Assembly (NCBI GenBank): GCA_951406725.2
Contig: OX597824.1
Coordinates: 43,772,001-43,836,000 of the forward strand
Direction of reading: 5' to 3'
Length of the DNA stretch: 64,000 bases
Source: Octopus vulgaris
Taxonomy: Eukaryota
In this document: in pieces, positions 39,888 to 54,800 of the stretch
How positions within the stretch are numbered: position 1 is the stretch's first letter
How the letters are laid out: each line of letters opens with the position of its first letter
The notes under the pieces: model-generated
Seen by the model: the letters and a program-made list of their open reading frames with translations, nothing else
What the model was told of the DNA's origin: nothing
The model's database searches: none
Translations under genes and position numbers: made by a program

Positions 39888-42800
39888 TATATGTGTGTGT
39901 GTGTATAGAGATATTTATATATACATTAGCATAAATAATTATTCATTTATTCCCTGTTATATGATTTTCTACCTTTATATACATCATCATCATCATTGTT
40001 TAACGTCTGCTTTCCATGCTAGCATGGGTTGGATGATTTGACAAAGGTCTGGCAAACCAGATGGCTGCACCAGGCTCCAATCTGATCTGGCAGAGTTTCT
40101 ACAGCTGGATGCCCTTCCTAACACCAACCCCTCCGAGAGTGTAGTGGGTACTTTTACACGCCACCAGCACAAGAGCCAGTCAGGCAGTACTGGCAATGGC
40201 CAAGCTCAAATAGTGTTTTTATGTGCCACCTGCACAGGAGCCAGTCTAGCAGCACTGGCAACGACCTCGCTCGAATGTTTTTTCACGTGCCACCAGTACA
40301 AGTGCCAGTAAGGTGATGCAGGTAACGATCACACTCAAATGCCAGTCTTTGAATTTGATTTTGATTTCGATTTCACTTGCTTCAACAGGTCTTTGCAAGC
40401 AGAGTTTAGTGTCCAATGAAGGAAAGGTATGCATAAGTGGGCTGGTTACACCCCTGGTATAAGCCATGAGATTATGGTCTCACTTGGCTTGCCGAGTCTT
40501 CTCGAGCACAGCATATTTCCAAAGGTCTCGGTCACTAGTCATTGCCTTGGTGAGGCCCAATGTTTGAAGGTCATGCTTCACCACTTCATCCCAGGTCTTC
40601 TTGAGTATACCTCTTCCACAGGTTCCCTCAACCACTAGGGTGTGGCACTTTTTCACACAGCTATCCAAATCCATTCTTGCTACATGGCCATACCAGCACA
40701 GTTGTCTCTCTTGAACACCACATCTGATGCTTCTTAGGTCCAACTTTTCTCTCAAGGTACTAACACTCTGTCGAGTATGCACACTGACATTACACTTCCA
40801 CCAGAGCATACTAGCTTCATTCCTTGCGAGCTTATGCATGTCCTCAGCAGTCACAGCCCATGTTTCACTGCCATGTAGCATGGCTGTTCGTACACATGCA
40901 TCATACAGTCTACCTTTTACTCTGAGCGAGAGGCCCTTTGTCACCAGCAGAGGTAAGAGCTCTTGAACTTTGCCCAGGCTATTCATATTCTAGCGGCTAC
41001 ACTTTCAGCGCACCCTCCCCTGCTACTGACTTGGTCACCTAGGTAACAGAAGCTATCAACAACTACTAGTTTTTCCTCCTGGAATGTGGCAGAAGTTGTT
41101 CTCTGCAAATTTTCAGTGTTTATTTCTCCTGAGCATCTGCCACATACAAAAACTATCTTCGCAGTTAGTCTTCCTTTGATATTGCTGCACCTCTTATGTG
41201 TCCACAGCTTACACTGGGTACATCTTATAGAGTTTCTACCTATGCCCTTTCTACAGATCGAGCAGGGCCATCTACCTGAAGGGATTTGTGGTTTGCCTGT
41301 CTTCCTACTTATTAGGACTTTGGTTTTAGCTAGGTTGACTCTAAGGCCCTTCATTTCTAATCCTTGTTTCTACACTTGAAACTTCTCCTCTAGTTCTGAT
41401 AGTGACTCAGCAATAGGGCAAGGTCGTCAGCATAGAGGAGCTCCCAGGGGCATCCTGTCTGTTATTGCCTGGAGAAGTATGATAAATAGGATGGGGCTGA
41501 GGACTGAACCTTGGTGGACCCCTACCTCTACTCAGAATTCTTCACTGTACTCATTGCCAACCCTCACCTTACTGACAGCATCCCTGTACATGACTTGCAC
41601 AGCTCTCACTAACCATTCATTTATCCCAAGATTCCTCATTGACCACCAGATAAGGGATCGGGGGACACTGTCAAAGGCTTTCTCCATGTCAACGAAAGCC
41701 AGGTACAGAGGTTTATCTTTGGCTAGGTATTTCACCTGCATCTGTCTTACCAGAAATATAGCATCAGTGGTGCTTTTCCCTGGCACAAACCCAAACTGCA
41801 TCTCATCTAAACTGACTTTGTCCCTAATTAGTTGGGCTACGGCCCTCTCCATGACCTTCATTACCTGATCCAACAACTTGATACCTCTGTAATTATTTGT
41901 ATCTAAAGCATCACCTTTACCTTTGTAGCAGTTGACTATTATGCTGCTACACCAGTCATTTGGTATGACTCCTTCGTGTATCACCTGGTTAACTATACAG
42001 GTGACTAGGCTACAGCCGACACTGCCAGATATTTTGAGCATCTCTGCGGTGATTCCTGATGGGCTGGGAGCTTTCCCTGTCTTCATACACTTAATTGTTA
42101 TATCGACCAAGGTACTGTCAACTTGGATAGCTGGTCCCTCTGTTGGGTTGACATTCTAAATTAACCATTTACTGTTTTTAAACATTTATAAACATTTAAT
42201 ATACATAAAAACACGATTAACTTATTTTATTTTACTTAACTGTATCCAGTTGTATTACATAATAGATAAATTTATCATAAATAGACATTATAAGTTGATA
42301 TAACTTTTAACAGTTATATGAATAATTAAGTTTTATAAGAAATCCCAGTAAGATATTTAAATGAACTAACAGGTTTATAAACTATTCCGTTCGCCTTTTT
42401 CTTTAACTAAACGCAAGTCAATGACATAATACACATAGTACTTATCAGATAAATACATAATATGCATTTTCTAGGTATATAAATAAATGAACTGATGGGT
42501 TGGATAGTTTGACCAGGGCTGGTAAGCTTGGAGGCTGCACCAGACTCCAGTCTTATTTGGCATCGTTTTTTACAGTTGGATGCCCTTCCTAACGCTAACC
42601 ACTCCAAAAGTGTAATGGGTGCTTTTACATGCCACCAGTATGGGTGACAATTGCTTGACACCGGTATCTGTCATGGCTGCAATGTTGCTCAATGGGTTTG
42701 ATGGGTCTACTTCTCAAGCATGACCTAATGCCAAAGGTCTCAGTTATTGCCTCCATGAGGTCACTAGTCATTGCCTCTGTGAAGCTCAAAGTTCAAAGAT

Positions 42801-45800
42801 CATACTTCACCACTTCTTCCCATGTTTTTCTGGGTCTACCTCTACTACAGGTACCCTCGACAGTTAGAAACTGGCACTTCTTTACACAGCTGTCCCCATT
42901 CATATGCATCACATGACCATACCAGTACAGTCATCTCTCTTGCACACCATATTTGATGCCTCTTATGCCTAATTTTTCTCTCAAGATGCTTACACACTGT
43001 CAAACATGCATACTGACATTGCACATCCAGCAAAGCATACTGGCTTCCTTTCTTTCAAGCCTATGCATGTCCATTGCTGTCACAGCCCATGTTTCACTGC
43101 CATGTAGCATGACTGTTCACACACAGCATCATACAATTTACCTTTCACTCTGAGAGAGAGGCCCTTTGTTGCCAGCAGAAGTAGGAGTTCTCTAAACTTT
43201 GCCTAGCCTAATTTTATTCTCACAGCTATGCTCTCAAAGCATCCCCTCCACTACTAACTTGGTCACCTAGATAATGGAAGCTATCTACTACCTCTAGTTT
43301 ATCCCCCTGGCAGTTGATGGAGTCTATTTTCTGCATATTTTCAGCGTTTATTGTACTTGTGCATCTTCCACATACAAAAGCTGGTATCCTCTGATATTGC
43401 TGCATCTCTTATGTGTCTAAAGCTTGCACTAGTTACATCTTATGGAGTTTCTACCTATGCCTTTTCTACAGATTGAGCAGGGCCATATACCTGAAGGGAT
43501 TTGTGATTTGTCTGCTTCCTACTTACTAAGACTTTGGTTTTTGCTAGGTTAACTCTAAGGCCCTTCGATTTTAGACCTTTCTTCCATACCTGAAACTTCT
43601 CTAGTTCTGGTAGTGATTCACCTATAAGAGCAAGATCATCTGCATAGAGGAGCTCCCAGGGGCAGTCTGTCTTAAATTCCTCTGTTATTGCCTGGAGGGC
43701 TATGATAAACAAGAGAAAGCTGAGCACAGATCCTTGACGAACCCCTACTTGTACCCTGAATTCTTTGCTCTACTTATTGCCAACCCTCACTTACTGGTAG
43801 CATCCCTGTACATGGCTTGTACAGCTCTTACCAACCACTCAGCTATCCCCAGTTTCTACATTGACCACTAGATAAGGGATTGGAGGACCTTGTCAAAGGC
43901 TTTCTCCAAGTCAACAAAGGCCAAGTACAGAGGTTTATCTTTGGCCAGGTATTTCTCCTCTTACCAGAAATATAGCATCAGTGGTGCTTCTCCCTGGCAC
44001 AAAACCACAAATAAATTAACTATATGTCTTTAACTCTCCATTTTCTTACATTATTAATTTTACCTAATATAATAATCCATAATGCATCAGAAATTTTCTT
44101 CTAATGTGATGGAGATTAAACCAGTGAAATTTTGGATTTATTAATCCCTAATGAGGATAAGATATCCTTGAATTGACCATATATGTGTGTGCATGTACTG
44201 TAATGTTATTTATTACATACAATAAATAAGATAACCAGACAAGAGTAAAAACAATGTAACGAACTAACAATCAATATTCCTTGTGAACTAACCAACTGAC
44301 ACCTTCTCACTTCACTGCAAACTAACACGAACATCACTTGACTCCAAACTCTGAACTTACTCGGGTTATTACTATTTATACTTTACTCAGACCAGTCTAT
44401 CTCTTGCAAGGAGGTATCGTAAATCTCATCACATTTCTCTTTCGAGATTTCAATTAGTGTGAGGAAGCGGTATTTTTTTTTTTTCTTTCCAGCACCTCTC
44501 CTTTTTTTTTTTTTTTTTTGAAAATTTAATATCTTTTTCGTTTAGGTATTACTTCCAGATATTCAGTCTGTTTTCGTTTTCTGAAGCTAGTTCTACAGGG
44601 TTTATTATCTCTCAGTGCTGGCACTTCAAACATATCATAGAAGACGTCCATTGGTATTACTCTTTGTTCTTCTGTATGTCTCATCTTTAACTGGTTATGG
44701 TGTCTCTTATGTTCCAAACGTTGTCCTTTAATTAAATACATCATGTTACCTAATCTTTTGATTACACAGTCATCCTCCCAACCTTCTTTACCATTTTTGT
44801 AATTTTTAAAATAAACGTTATCTCCTTCTTCGAAATATTTTGTAATATTTCTTGTATTTCCTTCAAATGCATTTTTTGTCTTTCCTTTATATGTATTTTT
44901 TCCTGGCAATAATTCATCGAAGATCGATCTTATTTTATGCACAAACATTAGCTCTACTGGTGACTTTCCTGAATTAGTACTTAGATCTCTTTTGAACAGG
45001 TTGGCAAATCTTTCCACCTGCCCATTTGACCTCGAGTGGCAGGGCAGGATAAAGATGTGCTTTATGGCATGTATTTTGCAAAACTTTCTTAATTCATATC
45101 CCATGAATTGTGTTCCATTATCTGAAACCAATATGTCTAGAACACTGTTTCAAGCAAATAACTCGAGTAGGAACTTTATTGTTGTCATTGCTGTGGGTAT
45201 ATTACATCTGCATACCTTTGACTGCTTTGTATAGCTATCCACAATGATTAGATAGTATGCGCCGTTCACTGGTCCACCATAGTCGATATGTATCCTGAAT
45301 CATAGGTTCTCGGTCTCGCCAATGTGCAACCTCTATATGCTTTCACCAATGTCTCTATGTCTTTGTCCATAGTCGGCCAATATACACAGCTCCTCATTAA
45401 AGCTTTCATTCAGGACATTCCCTGGTGTCCACAATGGAATTGTTGTAAAACTCATTTCTATAGTGCACTTGGTACTACTAGTCTCTGCACGTACATTAAG
45501 ACATTGTTGCATAGTGATAAATTATTTGAATTTGTATTTTTATTATGCTTATTTTTCAATGTTTCTTTCATTCTTGTAATGTAACTATCCTCTACAGATT
45601 TCATTTTTATATCATGTGCTGTCACTGACAGTTCCCGGATTATATTATACACAATGCTCCTTACTTCATTTCCTGACTGCAATGATGCTATCACAGTCTC
45701 TTTTAATGGTTCCATGCACTTGGGAATTAGCTTTGATAAACAGTCTGCATGACCAATATTTTTCAAGGGAATATACTGCATCTTGAAATTGTAGTTCAGC

Positions 45801-48800
45801 AACATTGTACCCCAGCATTGCAGTCGGTTTGCTGTATGGGTAGGCAATCCCTTCTTTGATCCAAAACTTGATAGTAATGGTTGATGGTTGGTTTGTAATA
45901 AAAAAAACTTCTACCATGTAGAAATTTGTGAAATTTTTTTACCACAAAAGTAATCAATAGAGCCTCCTTCTGTGTCTGACTATACTTTTTTTTCTGCTGC
46001 TATCAGTGAACATGAAGAATGAACAACTGGCTTCATATTTCCATCTTTATACTTGTGTAGCAAGACTGCTCCTATTCCATACTCCGAAGCATCAGATGCT
46101 TCAACAATGTCCAATCTAGAGTCGAAATGCATTAGTGATAAGTCAGAAATTAGTATTTTCTTTATGCCTCCAAATGCATTTTGGTACTTTACTGACCAAT
46201 TCCATTTTACTTCTTTTTTAATAAATCGTTTAATGGTGCTCTCAATTTATGTATATTCCGAATGTAGTGTTGATAGTAATTTACTAAGCCAAAGAAAGCT
46301 TGTAATGTCAGTATATTCATTGGAGAAGGCATATTCTTGATTACATCTGCCCCCAACGGATCAGGACATTTTCCATTCTTATCTATGATTTGACCTAGGT
46401 ATTTGATTTTAGGCAAAAAAAATTCACACTTCACTGAGTGTGCAACTATAATCCTTAATTTTTTAAAGACACACTTCACATGCTTGATATGCTCATTCAT
46501 CAATTCGTTTTTAACACGCCATCAAGGTAAGGAGTAACAAATTGACAGTATGCCAACATCATGTCCATCACCTGTTGAAATATTGCAGGTGCTACCTTCA
46601 GTCCAAAAGGTAGTCTATTGTATTTGTATAGACCTCTCTGTGTGTTGACTGTTAACAGCTTTGAGCATTTTTTATCTACTTTGATTTGTAAATTTAAATC
46701 AGACAGATCAGTTTTGAAAATATTTTTCCTCTGTTTAGTTTTGTAAAAATATCTTCTGGGGTGAGTAGTGGATAATGATTCATTTTTAAATAGTCATTTA
46801 AACCAGTTGAAAAATTAGCACACAACCTAATTTTGTTATTTTTCTTTTTTATACATACAGTCGGAACAGCCCATTTCATATAATCACTTTTTCAATGATT
46901 CTGGGTTTTTTTTTTCAATCTGTCCAACTCATCAGCCACTTGCTTTATTGCCGCAAAAGGCTCTTTCCTATTAGACTTGAACATAAGTGTAACATTATCA
47001 TCTAATTCAAAACATGCTTCAGTCTTTGTGCATAGACCTTGTTTGTGAGTATTTGCAGGAACATTTAAAAAAAATTTTCTCTATAACTCTCCAGGCAAAT
47101 TATTTTTAGAGGTACAACCATTTACGTTTTTACAGTAGAGATTTATGGGGAGGTCCCATAAATCAAATAATTCAAACCAATCGGTACCAAACAGATCAGT
47201 TGCATTTTTAATGACAAACACTTTCGCTTTGCATGTTTTCCCCTGAAATGTGACATTAGTCCACATTTCGCCTATGAAATGTAATTTGTCACCCATCACA
47301 TTACAAGCAGATTTTGCTGTTTTTCTTAACATAGGTTTCCCTATTTTCTTCCATGTGTCCATATTTATTATTGAAATATCACTTCTAGTATCTAATTGAA
47401 GTTTAATATGCAATCCATTTATTTTTACATGTTCGAATTTGGTGGGGGGGGGGATCAATTTTTGTTTCTGCTGAGAGCACCCTAGGATTTTTAATGTTTG
47501 ACCTTCATAATTTTGTTCTGCAGTGTGATCTTTTGTGACCAATTCTTTTGCAACTGTAACATTTTGGATTTTTAAATGAACAATCTTTTCTTAAATGTAT
47601 TCCGCCCCCACCCCCATCCCCCGCCGCTCCTATAACATGGATTAGGACGTGGTGCTCTTTTATAGTTGTACTTTTCTGGTCGGCATATCTGTATCTTTGA
47701 GGAATCCTTTTCTTGAAATTTTCTACATTGTCTTTCAGGTTTACCATCTTTTGGCATTCTTTTGCCACAGACTGTAAGGTTAAATCTTGGTTTGCTTGTT
47801 CCAATTTAGAAAGAATTCTTGCCCAAATTTCTGTACCTTCACTTGCTGTAAGGCCTTGTATGAAAATAAGACACTTGAACATCTCAGGTGTAAGTTCTTT
47901 GAGTTTAAAATTTCACACATCCTGTTGACAGTTCTTGCATATGTGATAAAATCACCATTCTCATTTTCCGTTATAATCCAATGCTCCAATAGAGAAGTTT
48001 TATCACCAAATATGTTAAACAGTAATTCTATTGTTTCTTTAAAACAAATTTCATTGGGTTTTTTGGGCAATATGAAAATACAGTAACATTCATACTCTAA
48101 CAGAACTAATTTTTGCAATAACAGTCTCACTTTTTGTTCGTCCTACCATGATTTGCAATCTTGCTTAAAAATCTACTTATACCTTCTGTAGTATGATGCA
48201 AAAGTTACAGCCTCCTCTGGGTAATAAGTGAATTCATTAATTGAGTTTAAAATGCTGTCTGGCGAAATCAAACTTACCTCATTTTGGGACTTCTTTGAAT
48301 ATAGCTCTAAAAATCATTGTTGTAGTTGTTGCTGTAATAGTTACTTCTGCAACTCCTGTCACTGCTCTTGTTGTTGCTTTTTGCAACTGTACTATGGAAG
48401 TTGATAGGTCTTCCATTATTTAACAATTTGTATCACAAACAAATTGTTAAATAATGTATGTGAGCTTTGAAACCCTCGTCACCAGATGTTGTAACATAAT
48501 TTGTTACATACAATAGATAAGATAACCAGACAACAGTAAAAACAATGTAATGAACTAACAAATCTCTTAACGAACCAACAATCAATTTTCCTTGTGAACT
48601 AACCAAGTGACACATTCCGACTTCACTGTGAACTAACACGAACTTCACTCAACTCCGAACTTGTTTCTTTATTACCCACAAGGGGCCAACAAAGAGGCGA
48701 CGATACATGTACATGTGGGGACATATAACACAAAATAAAAAACAAAATTTAAATAAAATTATAAATATGATTATATGAAATGAATAATGAAAATGAAAAT

Positions 48801-51800
48801 ATGGAAATGTGCTATCCACCCCACATTGAGCAGCAATACTTACTTCTGTGTGAATCCCTTTATCACATCGATACCATATTTCAGTAGTAGTTCTTCACAT
48901 TGTATGTTATCTGGTATATTTTTAATGTCTGTATATATTTCCCAATATTTCAAACCTTGTTTATGTTTCTTCACTTGTTCCATCTGTCCTTCTGAAAATA
49001 GCATGCATATATTCCACCCTATTTTATCCTGATAACCATCTGTACTCATAAACTTTGCTGTCTTCCAACTCGTTACCATCCCGATTAGTTCCTTATTGTC
49101 CTCGTCCGTCATAATGCAAGTGTAGTTTACTTTATGGGGATAGGAATCTTTTGTGCTTTGTTGTGTCTGTGATTCTTTTTTCTTTTTAGCTTGTCTAGGA
49201 GGGGAATGGGTAGGTTCGGTGTTTGTAGGAAGAGGGTGGGTCTCAGAGGGTATGGGTGGTGCGGGCAAAGTTTGGGGTTCCGCACTACACTTATTTCTCT
49301 TCTTCCTTTTGTCATCTGCTACTCCATTCTTCCTCTCTTTCTTCTTCTTTTTCTTTTTCCTCCTCTAGCTTCTTTCCTGGCATTTCTTCTATTGTTCACT
49401 TTTGTAGAGGGCAGTGTGCTCTAATGTGGCCTTTTTTGGCCACATTTAAAACAGCAAGGAGTCCTGCCCTCCACCCACACTTTCAATACCAGTTCACCAA
49501 TTGACACTGTCTCCGCCAAATTTTCCAGTGTCTCCACCACAGCTTTGTAAAATCAGGTTGACCGTCTGTCTCTTCCACACTGAGCCGTCCATTTTTGTGG
49601 CTTGGAGGATGGCCACCTCCTTCTTGCTACCCAGGAGAATAGTCGCCATGACCCAAGCCACATCAATTTCTGGTGGAACTCCCTCCACTCTTATCCTTGG
49701 CGTCCTTCTTCCCATATATGTGGGTAGATGGACCACTTTATTTGTTTTTTATTGTTCTCATTGCTTTCTCTATTGCTTTTGCTTTCAACTTGAATAATAC
49801 TATTATGGATCCAAATTTACTCCCTCTGGTCAGATACATAATGTCTGGACAGACCAAGCACAATGCCTTTTCAATGATCCTTTCTTCCACATGTTCAATT
49901 CTCCTGTTTTCCATCGAGTATACTTTGTATATCACAGTTTTTCTGTCAATCTGTTCCATTTTCTTCAGGGGTGGTGACAGCTTAATGTCACCACCTACTC
50001 TATTTCCCATTTTACTGTAACTTTCGATGTTGAAGAGGTCTACCCCCTCTTCCTCACCTCCACCGCCTCTGCAAAACTTTTCTTCCCCAGAACTTCATCC
50101 CCCCTTCGATGGCATGAACCAACTCCTCCTCCAAAGAGGAAAATTCGGAACCACTAAGTTCCAAATAGTACATTCTTGTTGCTTATTTCTCGGTACTATC
50201 AAGAGAAAGCACAACTTTAAACTGCTGCTAAAGCAGCACAGAAACAACTAACAATTTAACCAACAATAATTTTAACAGCAACTTTAAACATTAGCTAACT
50301 TTTAGTACAACAAATTTATGACTGCAAACAACTTCACTCAACTCCAAACTCTGAACTTACTCAGATCGTTACTATTTATACTTTACTTGGACCAGCCTAT
50401 CTCTTGCAAGGGAGTGTCATAACTCTTATCACAACAATATATATAAATGCAAATGAATCCAAGTTGAGAAAATAGTAGATAATACAACTTTGTGAAAAAT
50501 AAAGAATTGGAATATTGATAGATGGAAAAATAAATTGAAATAGCTTGTATGCTCTGTTAATTTATTTGCTTACAGCTCTGCTTTTAACACAACAAACTTT
50601 GATGCGAATTTCTTCTGTTAATTCATGAATACCTAAACACTAAGTTTATTAAATAGTTTGGCTTTCATAGTAAAGCCAAGTCATTAGGGCAGACTACACC
50701 CCAACCATTATGCTAAATAATGTTTCCAGAATTACCTCCTATTCTTAAAAAGCTAATAAATTTCCTATTCCTTAGTAACATTTCCCTGAATTCATGAATG
50801 CAAGTAACTGTATACCCCATTTCCGACCTTCTTAACCATTAATATATTACTTATACATCTAACACTCCCAAGATCATGTTTTCGGTTTTACAGCACATGC
50901 TCTCTCTCTCTCCCCCTCCATGAAAATTGGTGCTTTGGGGATGTCTCAAAAACCCAACTGATTGACAAGCTTACTCACCACCATCAGTTACAGAGGTGAT
51001 AAGAAAACATGTAACATTCAATTCAAATACTACTGGTTAAAATGGTATAAACACTCTTTTTGTAGCTGTGGTTCTCATAAGATATTGCTCAATATAAATC
51101 AGACAGCACCATTAAAAGAAAAGTTTTACAAGCATTGTAAAAGGAGAGGTAACTTGTGTGTTGCTGATATACTAGTGTGTTACAGGTATATTTTTATTGA
51201 CATTGGTACAAGGCCAATCTAAAGGAGAGTGTTGTTTTCAATTGAGTGTTGATCTTCTTTTATGATTGGTACTTATTTTCTTCTACCTTAGAAGATTGAA
51301 AGACAAAGTTGCTCCAAGTGGGATTCAAATTTAGGTGTATCTGTCAACATTATGTTGAGAGATGCAACTAAGTGCAGTAAATAGCTCATGCTTTTACAAT
51401 TTCTGTCCTTCCTCAAGAGACTTTATATTAGGTACTGTCTAGACAAGCTGCTTCACTGTGTCTACAATACTATTCTAAATACAAATTGTTCTAGTGTCAA
51501 TATTTCTTTTATCCTTCAGAATCACTAGGGATATAGTTTCATCCCAACTTTCCTCAACATTTATTGTTTAAAGATGTGGTAAGAAATCTATCTTTCTAAC
51601 TGTTCTCTTTTCCATTTTTTATGAGTAACCATATTTTGACACTTCCAGGTACTCAACCTATTTCTTGCATTGCTCTTATCCTCATTTGGTGCCGAAAGCC
51701 TTCAAAGTTCAAAATCAGATGATGAACCCAATAAATTACAAGAAGCTATTGACAGAATTGTCAGATTCTCACATTGGGTTAAAATGAGTCTATTGAAATG

Positions 51801-54800
51801 TGCAAAGCACACTTTTAATAAGAAAAGACCAGCGAACATAGCTGAGCTACCAAAAATAGATGTGAATGGTAAAAAAACATTATTAGATGGTCACGCAATC
51901 ATTGGAAATGGAAAGTTTGGAGATAAAATAGAAGTTGATGAAAATGCAGTAACACCCACTAATCAAGGTAGGTATTATAAACAGATTTTATTTTTATTTT
52001 CTTTATTGTATGCACACACATGATTCAAATTTTGGAGAAAAATGTACTGTAAGATGGGAGTATCAAGCAGACAAATTAGGAACCAGCAAAAAACATTCAG
52101 GATAAGGTGATTGGATCAGGTATGAGAATACTGGGATTTGAAGACAAGACAAGACAAAGACATTTGAGGTATATATATTGCAGACCAGTGTAACATAAGC
52201 CAAATTAGAAAACATTTAACTGCTGCAGCTGTTGATAAATGGTAGTGAAAGTGATGATGAGTTCTGGTTGTTTTGCTTTCACTCCAAATTGACTAAAGCA
52301 ATAAGAAAAACTTTCTCCAACCAATGAGAAAACCGCTACCTGGTTGCTTGGCCTATTAAAATTGGAAGTTAAATCTCTCTGGAATTACACCTACTATTTT
52401 ACAAAGAAGAAGTACACACTGTAGTCTTGGATATATTAAAAAAAGCAGAATAGTCAAGGCCAAAACATCTCAGATCATAAGTCTTCTCAGTCAGAGTTGA
52501 CTTAGGGCTAAATAACAGCTACAACAATTGCTTTACAAAGCAACTATTCTCCACCTCATTTCATTTAAAATGAAATGAGATGGAGAATAGTTTACACTGG
52601 AGTGCAAAATATAAATGCAATGGTTATATGGATGTATTTGGTTAACAGTTCAAAAGTATTGAGTTAAAATCTTAAGAGGGTGTTTTGTTAGTCTCTGAAC
52701 TTAAATCAATACACATCAATTTAGGAATTCATAGCAGTAATGTTAGTTGTGATAGATTTATCTCCTTCTGCTCAATTCCATAAGTATATAACTAGGAAGT
52801 TATTGTAAGTGTTAAAACACATTTGTAGTGTGCTAGACTTTAATCAGTGATTAACAATCGTTTTAGCACTTTCAATTCAAGCCTGAAATTCTAAATCTCA
52901 GCTGTATACTGGGAACAAGTAGTCTGACACATTTTGTTCTTAAGTTATCTCAAATTTCAAATCTATTGCTTATCTGCTTCAAAATATTTCAACCACAATT
53001 TATGAAAGTAGTTCCATACTAACACAATTTAGAGGTGTGATATTAGGATAATTAATGTGGTAGTAATATACATAACTTCTGTGTAGATGGGATGGCAAAT
53101 GTAAAATATGTTTACCTTATGACAAACTTCAAACAGAGAGGAAAACTACTCTCCACCAGGATCAGGAAAAACTTATTACACAAACTTAAATGCTTACGCT
53201 ACCCAACTTCTGGTCAGAATCCACTCTTTCCCTGTATTTGCTTCGCACTGCTAATCCCCTCAAATCCAATGAAGAAAAGATAGAGATTGAATAACCCACT
53301 TCTCTGCATAATCTCACTTCCTCCATCACTTACAGTCCTGATGTTTCCCTTTCTCTCTTGCTTTTGGTCTCTTCACCCCTTGATTACAGTCCTTTCATTC
53401 CCTTTTGAAGTTATCCCTCCACCAGGGTGGTCAGCTGTCCTTTTGTGATCTTTGCAAGGTCATGGGGAAGCCTCTCTCTCTCTAAGATGTGGCACAACAT
53501 TCCATCAATTGACATGTTATTATATGAGTTCATTACAGTCATTCTTCCTCTCCCTACCGGGCCATGCACTGTGCATCTAGTGGTTTCACCCGCACTTCAT
53601 CCTTGATCTAAACTGATGCCGACTCTTCCTTTTCTTTGAACCACTGTGTTATCATGCTCAGGTGTCTCCATTCATACATGAACACAGCTTTTCATAGAAT
53701 TGACTCCTCGGCTTGCCCTGCCTTGGGCAACATATTATACCAAAAAACTGCCTCAGTGGGAGAGGTTTGTTCCCCTTGAGGGCTTAGTGATGATGTTGTT
53801 CCATAATTCTATTTCCATTTGGCCTATAAGCAGCCCTCAAGAAACATTTGATATTTCATCTTTTGAGCATTTCTTTCAACTGCCTCAATTGAAATACTGT
53901 ACCATCAACAGTTCATCCACTGGCCTCTTTCCAGGAGTACTGTATTCAGCAACCCTGCAATTTCAGCCACAGTCCCCATCCTGATTTCCTTCCATACCAC
54001 CATCTGCCCTGGCTCTCAGTCAACCATTGAAAGCTACAACCTTCCTTGATAGTGCATCACATCTATTGGAAACCTCTTCCAGTCTTTCTCCACTTGAATC
54101 TTCCCTGTTTCATGCACACTTGGTGCAGGATCGGTGACACCACTCCTGAACACCTTCCAAATACTCTCCTGATGACATCTGGGTCAACTTTCCTGATCAA
54201 AAACAAGGTCCTGTCCACTCCCATATGATACATATTATGCACCCTCCTCATTTCTGGGCTCTCGAACCAATTTGTTACAGCCACTCCACTCAGAGAATCC
54301 TCCACTTTTTCCAACCAGGGATTTCCTACTCTGGTAAGAGCATCTGCCTTATTTTTTTCTGAAGACACAAAAACTACATTCAGCTTCAGACCAAAGTCAG
54401 TAGCCAGTTCTCACAGGATTCCCAGGTGGTGCTTGATTTTCATTTTTGCAGACCCTTTTGTTGGGATTCTCTTCTGGTTGGTGATTACCAATGCCACTCA
54501 CCCTTGTACCATAGCTGAATAGGTCTGAACCTTGACAGTACATAGTCTCCATCTCAGTACCAACTTTACACTATTCAACACAACATCCAATTCAGCTACA
54601 TTGATGTGGTTGTAGTCATCCTTCTTCCTGAATCATGCAGCATCTTCCACCTCAACACCTCCCATTTCCAGAATAACTTCTATTGCTATGCTATTTGCAT
54701 CACATCATACAATCCCTTTTTTTGTTTCAGGCACATACCAGCTATCCTCTACTGGGTCCTCCACTCTTCCTCTCTCTAAGACATCTTACATCATGGCAAC

